DNA of 64,000 nucleotides. Source: Dehalococcoidia bacterium (GTDB lineage Bacteria; Chloroflexota; Dehalococcoidia; Bin125). This document shows, piece after piece, positions 57,170-64,000 of the stretch. Made by a program: the position numbers and the translations under genes. Each line of letters opens with the position of its first letter. The first letter of the stretch is position 1. The stretch is taken from NCBI GenBank assembly GCA_963663235.2, contig CAXXNO010000006.1:256001-320000 (forward strand). Reading direction: 5' to 3'. The notes beneath the pieces are model-generated. The model was given only the letters and a program-made list of their open reading frames with translations, had not been told where the DNA came from and did not search any database.

Positions 57170-59960
57170 ACGGAAATCCTCTCCAAGGCAGACGACGGCC
57201 CAGAAGAAGCGCCCGCGCAAACGGGCGACACGCATGAAGCAAGGCCGCCGCCTGGTGATCGTGGAATCCCCAGCGAAGGCGGAGACGATCGGCCGGTTCC
57301 TGGGCGACGAATACTACGTCGACTCGTCCTACGGGCACGTGCGCGATCTGCCCCGCAGCGCCGATGAGCGACCCGACTCGCTCCGGGGGAAGTCGTGGGC
57401 GGATCTGGCGGTGGACGTGGAGCAGGACTTCGAGCCCGTCTACATTGTGCCGGCCGAGAAGCAGCAGCATGTCGACCGGCTGAAGAAAGCGCTCCGTCAG
57501 GCGGACAAGCTTCTCTTGGCCACGGACGAAGACCGTGAGGGCGAGAGCATCAGCTGGCACCTGCTGGAGCTCCTGCGGCCAAACGTGCCGGTGGAGCGGA
57601 TCGTCTTTCACGAAGTCACACCCGAGGCGATCAGCGAAGCGCTCGAATCGCCGCGGGAGGTCGACCGAAACCTTGTGGCGGCACAGGAGTCACGGCGCAT
57701 CCTCGATCGGCTGTTCGGCTATAGCCTTTCTCCGGTGCTGTGGCGCAAAGTGCAGGCCGGCCTGTCAGCGGGGCGGGTGCAGAGCGTCGCCGTGCGTCTC
57801 CTGGTCCAGCGCGAACGTGAGCGCGCCGCCTTCCACCGCGCCCAATACTGGGACCTGGATGCGAGCGTCGAGGCGGCCGAGGGCCGCTGCGCCGCGACGC
57901 TGCGCCGCCTCGGTGACGCGCGCATACCGACGGGCCGTGACTTCGACTCGACCACCGGCGCACTCCAGAGCGATGGCGTCCGCGTGCTCAGCGAGGCGGA
58001 GTGCCGCGGCCTGATCCCGGCGCTGCGCACGCAAGCGTGGACCGTGAGCCGAGTGGAAGCGTCGCCAGCGACGAAACGGCCGGCGGCTCCGTTTACCACC
58101 TCCACGCTGCAACAGGAGGCGAACCGGAAGTTGGGGTACGGCGCCAGCCGCACGATGCAGATCGCCCAGCGGCTTTACGAAGGCATTGACATGGGCGCCG
58201 AGCGTGAGGGGCTGATCACCTACATGCGCACCGACTCGGTGACGCTCTCCGAGCGGGCGATGGCGGAGGCGCAAACGGTGCTCCGCGAGCGCTTCGGCGC
58301 CGAGTTCGCCACCGGGTCCCGACGTTACACCACGAAGACGCGCAACGCGCAGGAGGCGCACGAGGCGATCCGGCCGACCCAACTGCAACGCGCGCCCTCG
58401 AGCCTGCGCAGCGCGCTCCCCCGCGACGCTCTGCGCCTCTACGAACTGATCTGGCAGCGCACGCTCGCCAGCCAGATGCCGGACGCGAAGCTGGAGCGCA
58501 CGGTCATCGAGATCACGGCGCCGCTGGACGAGGGGCCGGCCGTCTTCGAAGCCCGCGGCCGGCGCATCCTGTTCCCCGGCTACCTGCGAGCGTACGTCGA
58601 GGGCAGCGATGAACCGGGCGCCGAGAGCGACGACAGCGAGCAGCCCCTGCCAGCGCTCCAGGTTGGTGAAAGCGTGCGCCCGCTGACGCTGGACGCCAAA
58701 CGGCACGAGACCCAGCCCCCCGCCCGCTATACCGAAGCCAGCCTGGTCAAGAAGTTGGAGGAGGAAGGGCTGGGACGCCCCAGCACCTACGCCGCCATCA
58801 TCGGAACGATCCAGGACCGAGGCTACGTGTTCCGTCTGGGCAACGCTCTGGCGCCCACGTTCCTCGCGTACGCGGTCACTCAACTACTGGAACGCCATTT
58901 CGGCGACTTGGTCGAGCCGCGCTTCACGGCCCAGATGGAAGACACGCTGGACGCCATCGCGCGGGGGGAGACGGACACGGTCACGCACCTGCGCCGCTTC
59001 TACCACGGCGACGACGGGGAGCCGGGCCTCGTGCCCCGGATCGACGCCGAGATCCCGACGATCGCCTTCCCGCTGCTGCCGGTGGGCGACGACCCCGAGA
59101 GCGGTCAGCCGATCGTGGTGCGGATCGGTCGCTTCGGGCCGTACCTCCAGCGCGGCAGCGGCGAGGACGCCGCCACGGCATCGCTCCCGCCGGAGCTGCC
59201 GCCGGCGGAGCTCACCCTAGACAAGGCGGCCGAGATGCTGGCGGCCAAGCTGGAAGGGCCGCGCGTGCTGGGCCATGACCCGGAGACAGGGCTCGAGGTG
59301 CTGCTGCAGACGGGGCGTTACGGTCCCTATGTGCAGCTGGGCCCGATCCCGCCCGCAGCCAAGAAGGGCAAGGGCGCCAAGGGCAAGAGTCAGGAGCAGC
59401 CGCGTCGCGCGGCGGTGCCGTCGGGCACGGAGATCGACACGGTGACCATCGAAGACGCGCTGATCTGGCTCTCGTTGCCGCGGACCTTGGGCGTCCACCC
59501 CGACAGCGGCGACGACGTGATCGCCGCGAGCGGACGGTATGGGCCCTATGTGCAGAGCGGCAAGGAGAGCCGATCGCTCGGGGACGAAGACGACGTCTAC
59601 AGCATTGGGCTCGAGCGCGCCGTGGAAGTGCTAGCGCAGCCGAAGAGCGCCTCCTTCCGCCGGCGGGCCAGCAAGGTGCTGCGGGATCTGGGTCGACACC
59701 CGGAGAGCGCCGCTCCGCTCCGTGTCCTCGATGGCCCGTACGGACCGTACGTGAGCGACGGGAAGATCAACGCCAAGATCCCGCCGGGTCTCGATCCAGC
59801 CAGTCTGACCGTCGAGCAGGCGGTGGAGTTGATCGCGGAGAGGGCCGCCGCACCTCCGCGCCCCCGCCGCGGGTCCACTGGGAAGCGCGCCGCCGCGAAG
59901 CGGGGCGGGGCCCGCACGGGCCGCGCGCGCAAGACGAAGGCGAAGACGAAGAGCGCCTGA
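57156..59960 (+). CDS. topA: DNA topoisomerase I with Zn-free C-terminal repeats and a basic tail
   Basis: IVESPAKA, ATDEDREGE, SAGRVQS, ITYMRTD, GRPSTY, four GR(F/Y)GPY-type repeats; alternative start 57234. Confidence 0.98.
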   Translation: MSASKRKSSPRQTTAQKKRPRKRATRMKQGRRLVIVESPAKAETIGRFLGDEYYVDSSYGHVRDLPRSADERPDSLRGKSWADLAVDVEQDFEPVYIVPAEKQQHVDRLKKALRQADKLLLATDEDREGESISWHLLELLRPNVPVERIVFHEVTPEAISEALESPREVDRNLVAAQESRRILDRLFGYSLSPVLWRKVQAGLSAGRVQSVAVRLLVQRERERAAFHRAQYWDLDASVEAAEGRCAATLRRLGDARIPTGRDFDSTTGALQSDGVRVLSEAECRGLIPALRTQAWTVSRVEASPATKRPAAPFTTSTLQQEANRKLGYGASRTMQIAQRLYEGIDMGAEREGLITYMRTDSVTLSERAMAEAQTVLRERFGAEFATGSRRYTTKTRNAQEAHEAIRPTQLQRAPSSLRSALPRDALRLYELIWQRTLASQMPDAKLERTVIEITAPLDEGPAVFEARGRRILFPGYLRAYVEGSDEPGAESDDSEQPLPALQVGESVRPLTLDAKRHETQPPARYTEASLVKKLEEEGLGRPSTYAAIIGTIQDRGYVFRLGNALAPTFLAYAVTQLLERHFGDLVEPRFTAQMEDTLDAIARGETDTVTHLRRFYHGDDGEPGLVPRIDAEIPTIAFPLLPVGDDPESGQPIVVRIGRFGPYLQRGSGEDAATASLPPELPPAELTLDKAAEMLAAKLEGPRVLGHDPETGLEVLLQTGRYGPYVQLGPIPPAAKKGKGAKGKSQEQPRRAAVPSGTEIDTVTIEDALIWLSLPRTLGVHPDSGDDVIAASGRYGPYVQSGKESRSLGDEDDVYSIGLERAVEVLAQPKSASFRRRASKVLRDLGRHPESAAPLRVLDGPYGPYVSDGKINAKIPPGLDPASLTVEQAVELIAERAAAPPRPRRGSTGKRAAAKRGGARTGRARKTKAKTKSA

Positions 59961-60038
59961 CGCCGGCTTGCGCGCAGGCGGCAGCCCCCTACAGTGTTCG
60001 CGCCGTGGCGGTAGCGGGTGGTCCTTTAAGGGGCACAG

Positions 60039-61037
60039 GTGTCGGAGGAGCCCAGCCTCCTGCTGGAGCGCTATCTGGATGGCCTCAGCGGGCAGCGCAA
60101 CCTTTCGCGCTACACACTGCGGAACTACCGCTCCGATCTCTCGCAGTTCTTGCAGTACCTGCAGGCGCAAGGCATCGCGGTCGATGAGGTCACGCGGTTC
60201 ACGTATCGCACCTACCTCGCCGAACTTGGGGCCAAGGGCGCGGCGCCGGCGAGCCTGCGACGGCGGGGCAGCACCATCAAAGCGTTCTTCAAGCACCTCT
60301 TCGCCAGCGGCGCCTTGCCGACCAACTCACTGAAGCTCGCCGGATCGCCAAAGATCCCCTCACGACTGCCTACCTTCCTCAGCGCCGCGGAGGTCGAGGC
60401 CCTGCTGGCCGCCCCCGACATCGGTACCCCGGCCGGCCTCCGTGACCGCGCGATTCTGGAAGTGCTCTACGGGGCGGGGCTGCGCGTCAGCGAACTCGCG
60501 CGCCTCCAGTTGGGAGCGGTGGACCGAGAGAACCAACTCCTGCGCGTGCGAGGCAAGGGCAATCGCGAGCGAGCCGGGTTTCTCGGTGGACCGGCGTTGG
60601 ACGCCATCGATGATTATGTACAGTACGGCCGACCGGCCCTCGTGAGTGACAAGAGCAGCGATTGGCTCTGGCTCAACCGGTTCGGCGGGCCGCTGTCCGC
60701 GCGCGCCGTGCAACTGGCGGTGCATCGCTACGCGGTGCAGGCGGCGCTGCCCAAGAGCGTGCACCCTCATCTGTTGCGACATTCATTCGCCACGCATATG
60801 CTGGAGCGCGGCGCTGACGTGCGAATCGTGCAGGAGTTGCTGGGGCACGCCAGCGTCGGTACCACCCAGATCTACACGCACATTACCGAAGCGTCGAAGC
60901 GGGCCGCAGTGGAGGACGCGCTGGACGGCATCAGCGCTCAATTGCGAAACCGGCTCGCGCGCAACCCCGGCGGCCCCGGGCGCCCTGAGGGAGATCGGCG
61001 CCGTCGGGCGGCCGTCAAGGAGCCCACGACGCCATGA
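60039..61037 (+). CDS. xerC: Tyrosine recombinase XerC/XerD
   Basis: GLRVSEL, GKGNRER, HPHLLRHSFATHML, LLGHAS..TQIY; dprA-topA-xer context. Confidence 0.9.
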   Translation: MSEEPSLLLERYLDGLSGQRNLSRYTLRNYRSDLSQFLQYLQAQGIAVDEVTRFTYRTYLAELGAKGAAPASLRRRGSTIKAFFKHLFASGALPTNSLKLAGSPKIPSRLPTFLSAAEVEALLAAPDIGTPAGLRDRAILEVLYGAGLRVSELARLQLGAVDRENQLLRVRGKGNRERAGFLGGPALDAIDDYVQYGRPALVSDKSSDWLWLNRFGGPLSARAVQLAVHRYAVQAALPKSVHPHLLRHSFATHMLERGADVRIVQELLGHASVGTTQIYTHITEASKRAAVEDALDGISAQLRNRLARNPGGPGRPEGDRRRRAAVKEPTTP

Positions 61038-61480
61038 GGATCCTGTTGATCTCGGGCCCCAACCTGAACTTGTTGGGCCAACGCACGTCGGAAATCTACG
61101 GCACCCACTCTCTGTCCGAGATCGAGGCGCTGGTGCGCAAACGGGCCGACGAGTGGAGCGTGGACGTGCGCCCGTATCAATCCAACAACGAAGGCGCGAT
61201 CATCGACTTCATCCAGCAGGAGAGCAGCGCCGATGGCCTCATCATCAACCCCGGCGCTCTGGCCCACTATGGCTACGCCCTCCGTGACGCCCTGGAAGCG
61301 TTCCCGGGCGCCAAGGTGGAGGTGCACATCTCCAACGTCTACGCGCGCGAGAGCTTTCGCCACACCTCGGTGACCGCGCCGGTGATGAACGGGGTGGTTA
61401 TTGGGCTAGGCTGGCGCGGCTACCTGGCGGCGCTGGACGCGCTGGTCGGTCTGCTCCAGGAGGGACAGGGCTCCTCCTAG
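61034..61480 (+). CDS. aroQ: Type II 3-dehydroquinate dehydratase
   Basis: GPNLNLLG.R...IYG, QSNNEG, INPGA, EVHISN..RESFRH. Confidence 0.97.
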   Translation: MRILLISGPNLNLLGQRTSEIYGTHSLSEIEALVRKRADEWSVDVRPYQSNNEGAIIDFIQQESSADGLIINPGALAHYGYALRDALEAFPGAKVEVHISNVYARESFRHTSVTAPVMNGVVIGLGWRGYLAALDALVGLLQEGQGSS

Positions 61481-61544
61481 CGCCGCGGGACAGTCGACAC
61501 GCCATCGGTCGAGCCGCCACACTGGAAGACGAAGGATCCTGCCG

Positions 61545-62633
61545 ATGAGCGAACGCCTGGCACGCCTGCGGGCCCGCCTCGCGGAAGACGGGCTGAACGC
61601 CCTCCTCGTGACCGATCCCCACAACCGGCGCTACTTGACCGGCTTCAGCGGCTCGGCCGGGAGCGCCCTGGTCACCGCCGAGCGCGCCGTCCTAGCAACC
61701 GACTTCCGCTACTGGGAGCAGGCGGAGATGCAGGCGCCGAGCTTCGCGCTGTACAAGCAGGAAGGCCGGCTGGGAGAGTGGCTGCCCGGCTTTGTTTCGG
61801 GGCTGGGGGGCAAGAAGATCGGATACGAGGCGGGGCACGTCACCGTCGCCGCGCACAAGGAGATCCGCGACGCTATCGCGTCGATGCCCGCGGGGGACCG
61901 CCCTGGCTTGCTGCAAACAGAGGGGTTGGTGGAGGAGCTGCGCGCGATCAAAGACGAAGATGAGCGAGCGGCGCTGGAACGGGCCGTGAAGCTGGGGGAC
62001 GAGGCGTTTCAGAGCGCGACCGCGGTGATGGAGCCAGAGTGGACAGAGCAGCGCCTGGCTTGGGAGATTGAGCTTTACGTCCGTGAGCACGGCGCCGAGG
62101 GGCTCTCCTTCCCGACCATCGTGGGTAGCGGCGCATGGGGCGCCATGCCACACGCCTATCCGCGGGACGTCGCGATCGGAGAAGGGCAGCCGATCGTGAT
62201 CGACATGGGAGTGCTGCTGGACGGGTACTGCTCGGATATGACGCGGACGGTGATTCTGGGGCGGCCGGGCGATCAGTTCAAGCGCATCTATGACGTGGTG
62301 CTCACGGCGCAGGAGACCGCCGAGGCGACGATTGAGGCGGGCATGACGGGCCACGATGCCCACATGATCGCGCAGGCGATCATCGCCGAGGCCGGCTACG
62401 GCGACTACTTCGGCCACGGGTTGGGCCACGGAGTGGGTCTAGAGATCCACGAGCGGCCGCGGGTCGGTCAGACGGCGGAGGACCGCATCGAAGAGGGCAT
62501 GGTGATCACGGTGGAGCCGGGGATCTACCTGCCGGGCTGGGGCGGCGTGCGCATCGAGGACATGGGCGTCATCGAAAACGGCAGGCTCCGCGTCTTCACC
62601 ACAGCGCCCAAACTCCGCCTAGTCGGCGTCTAG
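61545..62633 (+). CDS. Xaa-Pro aminopeptidase/dipeptidase (M24)
   Basis: YLTGFSGS, YCSDMTRT, HGLGHGVGLEIHE, TVEPGIY, GVRIED. Confidence 0.95.
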   Translation: MSERLARLRARLAEDGLNALLVTDPHNRRYLTGFSGSAGSALVTAERAVLATDFRYWEQAEMQAPSFALYKQEGRLGEWLPGFVSGLGGKKIGYEAGHVTVAAHKEIRDAIASMPAGDRPGLLQTEGLVEELRAIKDEDERAALERAVKLGDEAFQSATAVMEPEWTEQRLAWEIELYVREHGAEGLSFPTIVGSGAWGAMPHAYPRDVAIGEGQPIVIDMGVLLDGYCSDMTRTVILGRPGDQFKRIYDVVLTAQETAEATIEAGMTGHDAHMIAQAIIAEAGYGDYFGHGLGHGVGLEIHERPRVGQTAEDRIEEGMVITVEPGIYLPGWGGVRIEDMGVIENGRLRVFTTAPKLRLVGV

Positions 62634-62649
62634 GGGCGGGAAGCCGACG

Positions 62650-63219
62650 ATGATTACCACCAGCGATCTGCGAAAGGGCGTCGTCATCGAGATGGACGAC
62701 ACGCTCATGCAGGTGGTCGATTGGGAGCACATCAAGATAGGACGCGGCAGCGCCCAGGTGCGGCTGAAGCTGCGGGACCTGCGCGGCGGTCATACGATCG
62801 AGAAGACGTTCCAGTCCGGCAGCAAGTTTCGCCGCGCGCGCATCGATCGCCACGGGATGCAGTACCTCTACGCGGAAGGCGACCTGCACCATTTCATGAA
62901 CACCGAGAGCTATGAGCAGGTCCCCATCTCAGGTGCGCTGGTGAGCGAGACGCTACCGTTCCTGCGAGAGAACAGCCTGGTAGAGGTGCTCTTCTCCGGT
63001 GATGAGCCGATCGGCATCGAGCTGCCGGCGGCCGTCGAGCTGGAGATCGCCGAGAGCGAGCCGGGCGTCAAGGGTGATAGCGCCGGCGCGACTCTCAAGC
63101 CAGCCAAACTCGAGACCGGGCTCACGGTCAACGTGCCCTTGTTCGTCGGTCCGGGCGACGTCATCAAGGTGGACACCCGGTCCGGCGAGTACTTGGAGCG
63201 GGTCTCGACTGCCTCCTGA
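62650..63219 (+). CDS. efp: Elongation factor P
   Basis: HIKIGRGSAQVR, YLY..G, PGVKGD, KPAKLETG, VDTRSGEY. Confidence 0.98.
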   Translation: MITTSDLRKGVVIEMDDTLMQVVDWEHIKIGRGSAQVRLKLRDLRGGHTIEKTFQSGSKFRRARIDRHGMQYLYAEGDLHHFMNTESYEQVPISGALVSETLPFLRENSLVEVLFSGDEPIGIELPAAVELEIAESEPGVKGDSAGATLKPAKLETGLTVNVPLFVGPGDVIKVDTRSGEYLERVSTAS

Positions 63220-63239
63220 TCCGCGAGGCGGGAGTGAGC

Positions 63240-64000
63240 ATGCCCGACGGGTCCGACCCCCCACTGCCACCTCCGCCGGGGACGAGCGCTATCGCAGAAC
63301 GAGCGCATCCCTACGACAGTGGCGCGCCGCCGGTGCGTGAGTACAGCGTTAGTCAGATCGCGGCGTACCTGCGGGAGCTCCTGGATACCGATCCCGTGGT
63401 CGCCAATGTCTGGATCGCAGGCGAGGTCACAAGCCTGTCCCGCTCGCAGGCGGGCCATCTCTACTTCACCCTCATCGATGAGGCGGGCGCCCTTCGCTGC
63501 GTCTTCTTCCGGGGCGACAACCTCGGCGTGACGGTGGAGCAGGGTGCGCAGGTGATCGCCCACGGCCGCGTGTCCTTCTACTTGGAGCGGGGTGACCTGC
63601 AGTTCTACGTCGATGCGCTCCAACCGGAGGGCATCGGTGTGTTGCAAGCGGAGTTCCAGCGCCTGCTTGCGCGCCTGGAGGGGGAGGGACTGTTTGAGCC
63701 GAGCCGCAAGCGACCGCTTCCCCGCTACCCACGCGCCATCGGGGTCGCCACGTCGCCCGCGGGCGCCGTCTGGCACGACATCCAGACGGTCCTGGCGCGC
63801 CGCTGGCCGCTCACAGAATTGGTGCTCGCCCCTTGTCGGGTTCAGGGGGAGGGCGCGGGTCCGACGATCGTTCGCGCCATTGAGCGGCTCAACCGACCGG
63901 CCGCCGCGAGCGAGGCCGCCCTGGACCTGATTATCGTGGCGCGCGGCGGTGGGTCGATCGAGGACCTGTGGCCGTTCAACGATGAAGGCGTAGCGCGCGC
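63240..64000 (+). CDS. xseA: Exodeoxyribonuclease VII large subunit, 3' truncated by the window edge (absent from the ORF track)
   Basis: Manual translation: YSVSQIAAYL..VWIAGEV..GHLYFTL..EGLFEPSRKRPLP..IGVATSPAGAV..ARGGGSIEDLWPFNDE. Confidence 0.95.
   Translation, partial: MPDGSDPPLPPPPGTSAIAERAHPYDSGAPPVREYSVSQIAAYLRELLDTDPVVANVWIAGEVTSLSRSQAGHLYFTLIDEAGALRCVFFRGDNLGVTVEQGAQVIAHGRVSFYLERGDLQFYVDALQPEGIGVLQAEFQRLLARLEGEGLFEPSRKRPLPRYPRAIGVATSPAGAVWHDIQTVLARRWPLTELVLAPCRVQGEGAGPTIVRAIERLNRPAAASEAALDLIIVARGGGSIEDLWPFNDEGVAR

Noticed and set aside
60039-61037. Tyrosine recombinase as a phage or island integrase
   Set aside because: XerC/D size and motifs, dprA-topA context, coupling to aroQ, and no att sites or cargo.

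Overview
High-GC bacterial chromosome segment made almost entirely of housekeeping genes. Gene content (Bacillus-type long SRP RNA, Arg-tipped EF-P, baseplate-J-like gene beside ruvX, GAAC-N4-GTTC-like SOS box) suggests Chloroflexota, possibly Dehalococcoidia; this is inference. In order: 5'-truncated MMPL transporter, amidohydrolase, minus-strand rnc-smc-ftsY-nuoE-nuoF-mutS-mutL, tRNA nucleotidyltransferase with a small Zn-finger gene, SRP RNA-rsmA-ispE-membrane-dinG-GNAT, a restriction-endonuclease-fold hypothetical, lepA, oppDF-like ATPases, three tRNAs, thrS-accC-accB-infC-rpmI-rplT, convergent pheST, moeA, alaS-baseplateJ-ruvX-mltG-aroE-orf-aroC-aroKB-acyP, and glmU-CorC-like-dprA-topA-xerC-aroQ-peptidase-efp-xseA (truncated). 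I saw no mobile element or CRISPR array. Most notable: (1) a NuoF/HydB-like ORF reads in frame into mutS across a G7 tract and a 42-bp duplication that carries the probable true stop; (2) mutS, mutL and infC all appear to start at CTG; (3) a HydBC-like diaphorase with coherent loss of Fe-S ligands and no catalytic partner; (4) a PHD/RING-like Zn-finger protein; (5) a membrane-anchored baseplate-J-like protein inside a core operon; (6) six sigma70-like promoters with an 18-bp spacer. I cannot establish a complete new system from sequence alone; these are leads, all read by eye without database searches.
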